Source: an uncultured virus (IMG/VR IMGVR_UViG_3300037488_003510)
Lineage: Duplodnaviria > Heunggongvirae > Uroviricota > Caudoviricetes
IMG/VR virus record: IMGVR_UViG_3300037488_003510
Strand: one strand, 5' to 3'
DNA: 64,000 nt
Shown here: in pieces, positions 55,004 to 64,000 of the stretch
How the letters are laid out: the number at the start of each line of letters is the position of its first letter
Position numbering within the stretch: the first letter of the stretch is position 1
Notes under the pieces: model-generated
What the model saw: only the letters and a program-made list of their open reading frames with translations
Databases searched by the model: none
Told to the model about the DNA's origin: nothing
Translations under genes and position numbers: made by a program

Positions 55004-56212
55004 TCACTTCTCTCCCTCATAGTGAGCTGGTCTTGAACCATCTGGCGTCCACACGAACCTCACCAAAATCGAAGTGGGTGGCATTCCGCGCTTCTCCTCC
55101 ACAGCATTGATCATCGAACGCAGTCCATGTCGCTCATCCGTTAGACTCAATTGAATGGGAGTCAAGTTGTCGGCTCTCGTCGGATATGTTCCAATCTGAA
55201 ATAGTCCCCTGTACTCCTTGTAGAGCTTGGCAAACTCCTCCGCTTCGGACTCATTCTGAGCCCCAAAACGAATACCAAACGTGATCCAAAACTTGCCTCC
55301 CATAGGAGGCGTCACATCGAATTGTCTGAAAGACAAAAAAGCATTGCTCAAGGTGGCAATCAGATCTGGCAGTCCTTCAGGTACTCTCCACTCGTCAGGT
55401 AGATTCCCAACTCGCACCTCCCCATCAACCGTGCCGTCTGAATTGACAAAACTCTGCGCTGCCATGTCAAGTCCTTGGCCAATCAACTCTAAAGACTCCA
55501 TGACCATCACAGCCCTCGTGTGAATCTCTGCCTCAGCCGCCAACGCACGATTCGAAATCAAGGGCCTCTCAGGTAATGCCCTCTTCTTAAACTTCCTAGG
55601 CTTCGCTGGCTTTCGTCTGACCAGCTTTGCTGGCTTCCGTCTAACGGGCTTCGCAGGCTTGCGTCTAGATGGTTTCGCGAGCTTCCGTTTAGCAAGCTTC
55701 GCGGTCTTCGTTGACGCTCGCTTGGCTAACTTCGCTGGGCGCCGCTTGATAGGCTTTACAAGCTTCCGCTTCGCTGTCTTCGTCGGTTTTGCCGACTTCC
55801 GCTTGCCCCTCTTTAGCGGCTTGAGAACCTTCGAGGACTTTCGTTCGGGTGGCTTAGCCGCCAACCTCTTAATAGACTTCGCTGTCTTACTCTTGGCAGA
55901 CTTGGCAACCTTCACCAGTTTTTGGCTGGTTGGCTTCCCTGTCTTCGATGAAGTAATCGCCTTTGAAATCTTCCGTCGAAAAGGCTTTGCGATCTTCTTG
56001 AGCGGCGCCTCTGGCCTCCTCTTAACTCGCCTAGTTGGTCTAACTCCAACCTTTCCTAAGTCTTCCTTGTATGCCTTCGGCGCCACTGACCGTATGACCC
56101 GCGACTTCGACTTCGCTCGAATGGGGTGTTCGGTCTTTTGGGCAGCTTCAGCTTCTCGCGATGCTGCTTTTAGCGAAACAAACTTACCGTAGCGATCTCG
56201 CATTAGGAACAT
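55004..56212 (-). CDS. Protein with histone-H1-like Lys/Arg-rich N-terminal half and globular C-terminal domain
   Basis: RRKPAKP-type repeats over about 210 aa, with AGGAG RBS. Confidence 0.75.
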   Translation of the reverse strand: MFLMRDRYGKFVSLKAASREAEAAQKTEHPIRAKSKSRVIRSVAPKAYKEDLGKVGVRPTRRVKRRPEAPLKKIAKPFRRKISKAITSSKTGKPTSQKLVKVAKSAKSKTAKSIKRLAAKPPERKSSKVLKPLKRGKRKSAKPTKTAKRKLVKPIKRRPAKLAKRASTKTAKLAKRKLAKPSRRKPAKPVRRKPAKLVRRKPAKPRKFKKRALPERPLISNRALAAEAEIHTRAVMVMESLELIGQGLDMAAQSFVNSDGTVDGEVRVGNLPDEWRVPEGLPDLIATLSNAFLSFRQFDVTPPMGGKFWITFGIRFGAQNESEAEEFAKLYKEYRGLFQIGTYPTRADNLTPIQLSLTDERHGLRSMINAVEEKRGMPPTSILVRFVWTPDGSRPAHYEGEK

Positions 56213-56221
56213 GACTTCTCC

Positions 56222-57667
56222 TTACGATGGCTCGCCTGCGGGACTCTTGCTAAAAACAGACTGAGCAGTTGCCAATGCCTCTGACAATGGTTGCGACAGC
56301 AATGGCACCTTTGGCATACCATCCGGAGTCTTCGACGAATCAAGTGTTCGCTTCTTGCGCACTTTGAATTTTCGAAACTTGGGAGAGAAGCCCCCCTGCA
56401 CGAAATAGGAATGGCCTGGTAACAGAGCTGGAATGCAATCAATACACTCCTTGAGCTGGGGAGCTGTCACCAGGCGGCGCAACAGCTCCTCCACTGCCAG
56501 CAGATCTCTAGGATCGACCATGTTGAGCAACCACATACATTCAAACTGAGACCGTATGTTCTTGTTGATTACAGCTGGACGTTGCGTGATAATTGTCGTT
56601 CCAATGCCCTTTCCTCGGCCTCGCCTAACTAGACGGTCCAGGTTCTCCAGCGAACGCTTCTGATGAGAACTCGCCGCGCTCAACCTCTCGGGAGCAAACT
56701 CGTCTGCCTCATCAATAAACACATGCAACGGCGACTTCGGCGAAGTAGCATATAGATGAGACGAAAAATCAGCCACGAACTCGTGCTGCTCAACCGGCGC
56801 CAACAACGACATGTCTACCTGAACGGCGTGGGGACGAATGGCATTCACTACCTCCGCAACCTTCGCTCCGTCCTTTGAGGTAATAGGCAAGTTCGCGTAC
56901 ACTCCACCAAAACGAAGGATATGATAAGGAGATGGCGAACCATCCTCCATCGAGCATAAACCACCCCACACCCCCATCGGATCGAGAATCACCAGCGGCA
57001 CCTTCATTGTCGAGCAAGACAACATCTCCTCAGCCAACACCATGCCTAGGTAAGTCTTTCCAGAGTGTTTCTTGGCCAGTATGATCCCCGTGGTAGTAGC
57101 ATAGGAAGCAGGTGACAACGTCAGGTTTTCCGCTGGTACTGACAATACTAGGCCACCCGACAGATCTTCCTTGTCACCCCGATCTTCCCCTCCCTCACTG
57201 CCAAGTTCCTCATCCAATGAAAGTATCGTTTGACGTTCGGTTCTCATAGATGTCGATGAAACAGAAGTTTGCTCATTGGCCAACTCCACACCTGCCAATA
57301 GCAAAAGTACATCCTGCGTCTCTTCGCCAGAGGCCAGCATTCGCAGTTTGAAACTGTTTCCAACTCGCGCGAAACCATACCCCCTCATCAATAGGGAGCG
57401 CATAGCTGCTACCCATTCGCCATGAGGCAACAGCTTGTCCATCTGATTGGTGGTATGGTACCGATGATCTAAGAACAAGCCTAATAGCTTGTCCTGCGGA
57501 GACTTGACAGCATTATGGCCGACGGGAGGTCGGCCTACATTCGGATCGCCTAGATATGTCGGACTCGATGTCCTTCTCGGGTGAGCGATTTCCGGCTCGC
57601 TTTCCTCCCTGGAAACAGTCGAGCGATCTCGAAACGGTGCCCGAGTGGGAAAGCGACCTCTCAGCAT
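56222..57667 (-). CDS. HerA/FtsK-superfamily ATPase (DUF87/DUF853-like) with N-terminal wHTH-like region
   Basis: Walker A AKKHSGKT, ILDPMG, Walker B FIDEADEF, arginine finger RGRGKG, and TQRPA. Confidence 0.88.
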   Translation of the reverse strand: MLRGRFPTRAPFRDRSTVSREESEPEIAHPRRTSSPTYLGDPNVGRPPVGHNAVKSPQDKLLGLFLDHRYHTTNQMDKLLPHGEWVAAMRSLLMRGYGFARVGNSFKLRMLASGEETQDVLLLLAGVELANEQTSVSSTSMRTERQTILSLDEELGSEGGEDRGDKEDLSGGLVLSVPAENLTLSPASYATTTGIILAKKHSGKTYLGMVLAEEMLSCSTMKVPLVILDPMGVWGGLCSMEDGSPSPYHILRFGGVYANLPITSKDGAKVAEVVNAIRPHAVQVDMSLLAPVEQHEFVADFSSHLYATSPKSPLHVFIDEADEFAPERLSAASSHQKRSLENLDRLVRRGRGKGIGTTIITQRPAVINKNIRSQFECMWLLNMVDPRDLLAVEELLRRLVTAPQLKECIDCIPALLPGHSYFVQGGFSPKFRKFKVRKKRTLDSSKTPDGMPKVPLLSQPLSEALATAQSVFSKSPAGEPS

Positions 57668-57742
57668 TGTGTATCACCCGGCAACATGAAGTCTCCATGT
57701 CCGGAAAGTTCTGAGAACCGAATGTCTCGCATAATCGGCTCT

Positions 57743-58117
57743 CTAGGACTTCTTTGGTTCTACCGTCTCCGCGTCGACTACTTCTGGTCGTTCGGTCCCT
57801 TCTAGATCGCGTTTGCGCGGCTCCAGCTTCTGAACCCTAAATCGCCCATCGGCATAGATGGTAACGAGTTTGTGGGGGAATTTCCGCGCCCACGAGGTCA
57901 AAGTGGCCATGAATTCAGCCTGACGAGTATCCCCGACTCCCAAATACGTCTCAATCGCCTTTTCCAGCTGGTCTTCGTCGAAGAAATACTCAGTATCGTC
58001 CGCTCTCTTGTAGTGATACAAGCTGAGATGGGGGCAAAATGAGATCTGAGTTGTAGACGAATCGAGAATCGGATCGCCAACGGTTTGCGAAGATGTAACA
58101 GGCGACTTTTCCATCAT
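57743..58117 (-). CDS. Hypothetical protein
   Basis: 124-aa ORF with GGGAG RBS. Confidence 0.55.
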   Translation of the reverse strand: MMEKSPVTSSQTVGDPILDSSTTQISFCPHLSLYHYKRADDTEYFFDEDQLEKAIETYLGVGDTRQAEFMATLTSWARKFPHKLVTIYADGRFRVQKLEPRKRDLEGTERPEVVDAETVEPKKS

Positions 58118-58250
58118 GTGAAACTCCCGAAATCAAAAGAGGAAGAGAGAGCCCAAGGCAACTTCCACCTTCAGAAGTTGACGCAATTACTTGAACCACC
58201 ACCACCATGGTAATGGTCCCCACCTCGGGCTCTCTCCCCCACACTACTCA

Positions 58251-58469
58251 CTACGAAACGGACTTTTTTGAAGCGAGCTTGCTAGAGACCGGCGTCTTCT
58301 TGTCGACATCGGCCTCCAGCAAAGTCAACGCCAACTGGCGTACCAACTGCGCCGTTTTGCTTCGCCAGCTATCCGTTTGTCGTCCATCTATCAGAACCGC
58401 TGCTTCTAATCTCAGTAGAAAAGCAGCATCGGGTCTGTAGCTGACTCTTATTGCAACGGGCCGGCTCAT
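58251..58469 (-). CDS. Small hypothetical protein
   Basis: Follows the SSB-like gene. Confidence 0.5.
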   Translation of the reverse strand: MSRPVAIRVSYRPDAAFLLRLEAAVLIDGRQTDSWRSKTAQLVRQLALTLLEADVDKKTPVSSKLASKKSVS

Positions 58470-58475
58470 GGCGAA

Positions 58476-58970
58476 TTACGAGTTGGCTTCGTCGGAACCA
58501 TCCGAGAAGTCGGGAGTCTCCTCCTCGATAGCACGAGGTGGACGATCCTGTTGCACTTGAACGTCGAGGTTGTGCATGGTGCGACCGCCAGTCAGCTTGA
58601 TCTTCTGACCGATGACTCCAACCCACACCTTGTATTCCGCTCCTTGTTCGATCTGCGCGATGATCTTCTCCAGGGGCCTCGTCTTGGGGCCGTGATTGAG
58701 GTTGACATGATCGCCCGCCTTGGCAGTGACAATCTTGGCATCCTCAGCGTGTCCCATACGCACCTGGCAATCCTCCGTGATCTGCACCTGGAAGAACTTC
58801 GAAGTGCCTCCCTTTGCAATCGCATCCTTGCGCTCATAGAGACCTTCCAACTTGCCATGACACACGTTCCCGACGAGCGACTGGTCGAACCAGCCCGCAT
58901 CGGACACGCTACCAACACGACGGAAGCCCTCGGGCGCACGGGCGGTACCAACTGACTGCTGCTTTGCCAT
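58476..58970 (-). CDS. Probable single-stranded DNA-binding protein (OB-fold-like, acidic tail)
   Basis: Beta-rich core, acidic C-terminal tail EEETPDFSDGSDEANS, high GC3, first gene of the arm. Confidence 0.55.
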   Translation of the reverse strand: MAKQQSVGTARAPEGFRRVGSVSDAGWFDQSLVGNVCHGKLEGLYERKDAIAKGGTSKFFQVQITEDCQVRMGHAEDAKIVTAKAGDHVNLNHGPKTRPLEKIIAQIEQGAEYKVWVGVIGQKIKLTGGRTMHNLDVQVQQDRPPRAIEEETPDFSDGSDEANS

Positions 58971-59057
58971 TCGTTTCTCTCCATTCACTGGGTTTGACTG
59001 ATGAGGACTCAGCTCCCGAACCGTTCGGGGCGATGCCTCCGACTCATGGACGGCCCG

Positions 59058-59152
59058 AACGTACTTCACGGCAAACCACTGTGCAAGGAAAAAATATAGG
59101 GGGGGATATATTTTCCTCCCACTTGCCCCACAAACCCACTGTGTGCTAGGCT
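59058..59152. promoter_or_regulatory. Divergent promoter region with central imperfect palindrome
   Basis: Minus strand TTGCAC-N17-TACGTT and plus strand TTGCCC-N18-TAGGCT. AGGAAAAAATATA-G7A-TATATTTTCCT lies between them at the strand switch. Confidence 0.6.
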
Positions 59153-59161
59153 GCCACCCTC

Positions 59162-59365
59162 ATGCCGAAACCTCGCCGAGTATACGCACCTGTCGTCAGG
59201 ACGTACATCAGTTCCAGTCGCTCGCCTGCCCGCAACGACTATCACGTTAGAATCTGCTCGCGACTGTATGGACTAGATCGCAAAGGCTCTGGAGAATCCG
59301 TAGCACAGGCCGTTGCGAAAGCGCTAGAAGGAATCCCGCAAGCTAAAAAGAGAAAGCATCGATGA
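59162..59365 (+). CDS. Small basic protein
   Basis: First ORF after the divergent promoter. Confidence 0.5.
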   Translation: MPKPRRVYAPVVRTYISSSRSPARNDYHVRICSRLYGLDRKGSGESVAQAVAKALEGIPQAKKRKHR

Positions 59366-59408
59366 TAGAATCTTCATGCTCTGAAACTTCAGTCCGTCTG
59401 CCTAACAC

Positions 59409-61301
59409 ATGAAAATCACCTTCTGGAAAAAGGTATTCGTGGCAGACTCCTTGCCCGAAGACCACGCTGCTCTCAAAAAAGCCGGCTTCGAACTCCATGA
59501 GCCCACTCTGTGTGAAGACAAAGAACGATGCAGGGCTTGCAGAGCCAAGATAGGGCGTCGATTCTGGTCATCTAGAGTAGAAGATGCTACTCGTCTTCTC
59601 AGTCACTGTAACGACACTGCTAAATCCGTGATGAAACAGCATCTAGCCATGCTAGAGAAGTCCCGAGCAGTGTCCTCCAACATTGACATACCAGCACCTC
59701 CAGGTCTGACGTACCTTCCGTATCAGAAAGCAGGAGTAGCCTACGCCCTCCAGCGCAAAGACACCTTAATAGGAGATGAACCCGGACTCGGAAAAACAAT
59801 ACAAGCCCTGGGATTCATCAACAAGACGAAGCCGAAAAACGTCATCGTCGTGGCACCAGTTACCTTGGCTTTCAACTGGAAGCTTGAAGCAGAGAAGTGG
59901 CTCATTGATCCGTATGAAATCTTCATTCCCAAAACTGGAGCCGACGAAATCCCCGCCACAGAAAATGGTCTTTTTGTGATAACCAACTATGAGAAGTTGG
60001 TAGGATCTAGAAGTCGAAGTCTTATTCAGAAGTGGAAGTTTCGCTCATCAAAGAACGATCCAAAGGCAATTGAAAAGCTCAAAGAGCTAGAACAGAAACT
60101 TCTAGTTCTGCGAAACTTGGCTCGTTCTGGTGACGAAAAAGCCGCAAGTCAAGTCAGCAAGATCGAAGAAGAACTGAATCTCCCTGTGACCGGAGAGTCA
60201 ACAAGTAACTTCTGTGACAGTCTCAGAAGGATCTGGGACATAGCTATCTTTGATGAAGCCCAGGCCATCAAAAACCCCCAATCGAAACGCTCTCAGGCCG
60301 TACTCGGCGAAGAAGGACTCGTGCGCCGATCTCGCCGTACCCTCTTCCTCACAGGTACCCCCATCGAGAATTACCCCAAGGAAATATGGCCGGTCGCCGC
60401 CACCATCTGCCCAGCCAAATTCGGAGACTGGTGGGCTTTCGCTCGCCGCTACTGCGGCCTCCACACCGAGGTTCACAACAACCGCAAGGTATACGTCACC
60501 ACGGGCTCATCCCACCTCTCCGAGCTACAGCAACGCTTACGCTCCTCCTTTATGGTGAGGCGCCTCAAACACGACGTCCTCAAAGAGCTGCCCCCCAAAC
60601 GACGCCAGCTCGTCGTCCTAGGCGACGAAACCATAGACTGGAATTCGCACCCGGACTTCCAGCGCTGGAAGAAACTCTACGAGAGCCAGTACGAAGCTGC
60701 CTTAGCGCGACTTGAAGCCTCTAAGACCCTAGGCGAGTACAAAAAGGCGCTCAAGGATCTCCAGGCCACCACAGGTGTAGCTTTCACGGAAATGTCTGAG
60801 TTTCGACACAAAACCGCGCTAGCAAAATTGCCACTTTGCCTAAAGTACATCGATGATTTGCTTGCAACCGAAATCGAAAACGTGGTCATTTTTGCTCACC
60901 ATCAAGACGTACTAGAGAAGATCCACGAACACTACAAAGAATCCTCCTGTCTGCTTTACGGAAACACTCCCATGGAAAAGCGAGGAGACATCGTCAAGCA
61001 GTTTCAGGATGGTCATAAGAGAATCTTCATCGGTGGTCTCAAACCAGCTGGAACCGGCATAACGCTCACTCGTGCCAGCACTGTCATATTCATCGAAATC
61101 GACTGGGTACCAGCTGTACTATCTCAAGCAGAAGACAGGTTATGCCGAATCGGACAGAAAAAGATGGTTCACGTCATCCACTTGGTGCTCAACAACACCT
61201 TGGATGTGAATATGTCCAAGAAAGTAATCGCCAAACAAGACATCATCGACAAGGCGCTAGATCGTCTACCTGAACACATTCGTCTCAAGCATGCTGTGTA
61301 A
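59409..61301 (+). CDS. SNF2-family (SMARCAL1/HARP-like) helicase
   Basis: YLPYQ, GDEPGLGKT, FDEAQ, LTGTPIEN, RRLKHDVL, GTGITLT and QAEDRLCRIGQ. Confidence 0.95.
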   Translation: MKITFWKKVFVADSLPEDHAALKKAGFELHEPTLCEDKERCRACRAKIGRRFWSSRVEDATRLLSHCNDTAKSVMKQHLAMLEKSRAVSSNIDIPAPPGLTYLPYQKAGVAYALQRKDTLIGDEPGLGKTIQALGFINKTKPKNVIVVAPVTLAFNWKLEAEKWLIDPYEIFIPKTGADEIPATENGLFVITNYEKLVGSRSRSLIQKWKFRSSKNDPKAIEKLKELEQKLLVLRNLARSGDEKAASQVSKIEEELNLPVTGESTSNFCDSLRRIWDIAIFDEAQAIKNPQSKRSQAVLGEEGLVRRSRRTLFLTGTPIENYPKEIWPVAATICPAKFGDWWAFARRYCGLHTEVHNNRKVYVTTGSSHLSELQQRLRSSFMVRRLKHDVLKELPPKRRQLVVLGDETIDWNSHPDFQRWKKLYESQYEAALARLEASKTLGEYKKALKDLQATTGVAFTEMSEFRHKTALAKLPLCLKYIDDLLATEIENVVIFAHHQDVLEKIHEHYKESSCLLYGNTPMEKRGDIVKQFQDGHKRIFIGGLKPAGTGITLTRASTVIFIEIDWVPAVLSQAEDRLCRIGQKKMVHVIHLVLNNTLDVNMSKKVIAKQDIIDKALDRLPEHIRLKHAV

Positions 61302-61326
61302 AGCACCCCAACAAACAAGATCGTCC

Positions 61327-61662
61327 ATGAAAAACAAAAAGCTCACTGAACGGAAAAAGCAAATCAAACCAGAACAAACTTGCAAGACTGTGTCTCATTC
61401 TCCCTCCAAAAATCAATGGGAGTACAAGATGCTAATGGAGAGAATTTCTATTCTCTTCCTCAACGACATGAAAAGAAAAGACGTGTCGCTGTTCGAACTA
61501 GCATCTCGCCTAGAATGGACTCCACAGAAGCTCTTGCAATGGCTCGATGGTTCCATGGCGAGATCTGTTGAGCCCGACAAAGATGGCACTCTCGGAGAAT
61601 TTGTCAGAATTGCTGCTGCCCTGGGAAGCAGACTTGAATGGGAAATTGTGAAAAACAGGTAG
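61327..61662 (+). CDS. XRE-like HTH protein
   Basis: MKRKDVSLFELASRLEWT..TLGEFVRIAAALG. Confidence 0.65.
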   Translation: MKNKKLTERKKQIKPEQTCKTVSHSPSKNQWEYKMLMERISILFLNDMKRKDVSLFELASRLEWTPQKLLQWLDGSMARSVEPDKDGTLGEFVRIAAALGSRLEWEIVKNR

Positions 61663-62936
61663 AGCGTCATAAGACAACAAGAACAGGTCCTCTACTAAGC
61701 ATCTCATCCTTGGAGTCTGCCTTGGACGAACCGATCTCGCCTGACAATCAAACCCTCGAATCCGAAAGCCCAGGTCTCGCTGAAACACTCCAGCGATTCT
61801 TGGTGGGAGCTTTTGAGCAATCGGACATTCCGTCAAGTCCAAATGGCACAGTGCTAAAAACACTGTTAGAACCTCTCGCTCCGGAAAGTGACGATATTTC
61901 CAACGAAAGTGTTAGAGCCCAGGTAAGTGCAAGAGATGGGCTTATAGCAACCTCAAGAGCTAGACTTCAGAAGAGACAAGAAGAACTTAGGCACAATGTT
62001 GCTGTGTCTAAGAACGGACCTCAAGGAGAAGTCAGATCGTCCGTTCTGGTACAAAGGGTAGAATTGGTCCCTTTAGATCTGATAGTACCGGATGAGAGCT
62101 TTGAAAACCTACGTCTCAAGGCAGCCGAAGAGGAGCTTCTAGAGCTGTCCGAAAGCATGAGACATGAAGGTCTCAAGGTGCCTGTAACCCTCATCGAAAT
62201 AGGAAAAGGCTCCGATGGTTTTCATGCTAGAGCGGGCTTTCGAAGAATAGAAGTAGCGAAAAGACTCAAATGGCAACAAATTCCAGCTGTCATACTTCCA
62301 GCAAACACCCCGGTCATCGAAGAATACTGGACCAACATCATCGAGAATTCGGCTCGATCTAGACTGTCCACCTACGAAATAGCAAGCGCTGCAAAAACGA
62401 TGAGGGGTAAGTTTGGCATCAAAGCCTCAGAGTTTGCGATTCGAGCTGGGTATTCAGAAACCTATGTTCAAAATCTGCTCCGGTGTCTAGATCGCCTACC
62501 AGAAACGATCATAGAGGAGTGGAAAGGTAGAGCCCCCATCCCGGTAGATCTGTACATCAAGTGGTCCATCATGAACCACGAAGAGGCCATCAAGATGATG
62601 CTAATCTACACAGGTCGCAACCCCCACGTCGTCAAAAACTGGGAACCTGCCATCAAGCATGACCGAGCCCGTGAGATCAAAATGTCCAGTGCTCGCGGCC
62701 TAGCTCGAATGCAGCGGGTACGGTTCGCCTTGGAGGTGGCCAAGTCGCTAGACCATAAGACGAGAGAACTAGGTGTCAAGATCGTCGACTTCTGCTCAGG
62801 CGCCCGCGATGACGTGCCTGGAGTGTTCGAGCTGCGATCTAAGCAACGAAGATACAAGAGCCGGCGTAGGCAAGATCTGCTGATGCCGGCCGAAGGGGAA
62901 AGCCTGCCCCTCCCCGATCTGACGGAAACCTCCTGA
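61638..62936 (+). CDS. ParB/Srx-domain protein with long N-terminal extension
   Basis: VPLDLI..ENLR..ELSESMRHEGLKVPV..AGFRR (Arg patch)..IIENSARSRLSTYE followed by an HTH. Confidence 0.85.
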   Translation: MGNCEKQVERHKTTRTGPLLSISSLESALDEPISPDNQTLESESPGLAETLQRFLVGAFEQSDIPSSPNGTVLKTLLEPLAPESDDISNESVRAQVSARDGLIATSRARLQKRQEELRHNVAVSKNGPQGEVRSSVLVQRVELVPLDLIVPDESFENLRLKAAEEELLELSESMRHEGLKVPVTLIEIGKGSDGFHARAGFRRIEVAKRLKWQQIPAVILPANTPVIEEYWTNIIENSARSRLSTYEIASAAKTMRGKFGIKASEFAIRAGYSETYVQNLLRCLDRLPETIIEEWKGRAPIPVDLYIKWSIMNHEEAIKMMLIYTGRNPHVVKNWEPAIKHDRAREIKMSSARGLARMQRVRFALEVAKSLDHKTRELGVKIVDFCSGARDDVPGVFELRSKQRRYKSRRRQDLLMPAEGESLPLPDLTETS

Positions 62937-62996
62937 ACAAATCGCAACCGCTGAATAAAAGTCATTGATTCAGATTGAACCGTATGCAATGGTTCG

Positions 62997-63209
62997 ATGT
63001 CTATGTCGCTCAGGTCGAAAACCCTCCTCCAGACAAACGTGTCCCCCTCAGTAGGACGGAAGTTCGACGCTTTAGCCAAGGTCCACGGCCACAAGAGGGC
63101 CGGCTACCTGCGCTTCCTAGTAGAGATGCACGTTCATGCCTTGTCACCTGCCTTAGTTCGTACCTTGCAGAAAACCCACACGAAAGGACCTCGGAATGAT
63201 CCAAAGTAA
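62997..63209 (+). CDS. Ribbon-helix-helix-like protein
   Basis: LQTNV..KFDALAKVHG..RAGYLRFLVE. Confidence 0.55.
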   Translation: MSMSLRSKTLLQTNVSPSVGRKFDALAKVHGHKRAGYLRFLVEMHVHALSPALVRTLQKTHTKGPRNDPK

Positions 63210-64000
63210 CAATCTGTTCAAGAAGCCGGCTCCATGTGGAATTAGCCACTGGAAGTCTTTGCTTACCAAGCAGCTCAACAAAATCCAACAGTACGACGGT
63301 GACGCCTCGACCGAAATCGGTCTTGTCATCGCCAATACGGTAGATCTGCTTCGGTTGGGATGGACCATGTTTCAGGACATTCCAGTCGCCAAGCAAGAAA
63401 GTGAGTCCGCTAAACGCGAGTGTATTGGCGAAGAAGCGGCCTCTCGACTGATGGAAGATCTCGGCATCGGACCAAACACAATACTCGGTGGTGCAATAAG
63501 CACTGGACTAGACCTTTCACCTCAAGACTGTGCTTACGCGCTAGAAGTTGGTGGTGCCGGAGGTGGAAAAGTCAGCTCGGTTCGAGAAACACTAGAGGAA
63601 AATCCTGAAGACTTAATTGACTTGATGATCGCTAGAAAGTTGTGGTGGCAAAAACCAGATCGTCACACCACCTTCTCCAATCATGTGAAATCTATGATCG
63701 GTCGCGCCTGCAAAGAGGAAGGTCTTTCTCTCCCCAAGAAACCAACTGACTTGCGATATCTCCAACGACTATCCGAGCTAGTTGGAGAATCTTCTTTAAG
63801 AGGCAACCCTTGGGTTCAAGCGAAAGGTAACGAAAGCTCCGACATGCGATTCACTTTAGCTGTTATTCAGATTCTGCCCCACTTTCATCCAGAAAAAGCA
63901 ACGCGACAAAAACTCTCGTTCCTTTCCCATTGGGATAACGTAAAGGGAGATGGTAAAAACTTGTCACATCTTCTCTCGGAGGTCGAAAAGCAACTGAGCC
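63196..64000 (+). CDS. Hypothetical protein (3'-truncated by window edge)
   Basis: Frame from ATG 63196 (MIQSNNLFKK) stays open to the end of the window. It is absent from the ORF track because it has no stop. Confidence 0.65.
   Translation, partial: MIQSNNLFKKPAPCGISHWKSLLTKQLNKIQQYDGDASTEIGLVIANTVDLLRLGWTMFQDIPVAKQESESAKRECIGEEAASRLMEDLGIGPNTILGGAISTGLDLSPQDCAYALEVGGAGGGKVSSVRETLEENPEDLIDLMIARKLWWQKPDRHTTFSNHVKSMIGRACKEEGLSLPKKPTDLRYLQRLSELVGESSLRGNPWVQAKGNESSDMRFTLAVIQILPHFHPEKATRQKLSFLSHWDNVKGDGKNLSHLLSEVEKQLS

Noticed and set aside
56222..57667. HerA/FtsK ATPase as a tectivirus-type packaging ATPase
   Set aside because: Length and motifs fit the DUF87/DUF853 HerA-like family, and no double-jelly-roll capsid gene is visible. 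It is not excluded, but nothing here supports it.

Overview
The window looks like part of a large dsDNA phage or phage-like element. It is densely coding at roughly 50-55% GC by eye, with tightly coupled genes (many ATGA/TGATG overlaps) and no housekeeping, rRNA or capsid/terminase genes. I found no credible tRNA or CRISPR array. Layout: (1) 1-5.3 kb, a + strand operon of radical SAM, glycosyltransferase and methyltransferase genes. (2) 5.4-59 kb, a long - strand arm of mostly small hypothetical genes, many of them tandem paralogs. It also carries two GT2-TPR and one GT4 glycosyltransferase, a HindIII-type DNA methylase and a Dam-type methylase, a sigma-28-like sigma factor, SspB-, PhaR-, Fis- and RRM-like host-type regulators, RtcB, a Toprim protein, an HD hydrolase, a MazG-like enzyme, ThyX, a stand-alone 3'-5' exonuclease, a protein-primed-type family B DNA polymerase, a HerA-like ATPase and a probable SSB. 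(3) After a divergent promoter at about 59.1 kb, a + strand block encoding an SNF2 helicase, an HTH protein, a ParB-like protein and an RHH protein. The most striking points are a phi29/PRD1-type polymerase in a genome of at least 64 kb, a host-reprogramming regulator toolkit (suggesting a myxobacterial-type host), a repeat-bounded methylase/radical SAM cassette, and a 20-bp element repeated three times that may encode an MLIRFT micropeptide. All family calls come from motif recognition by eye, not from database searches.
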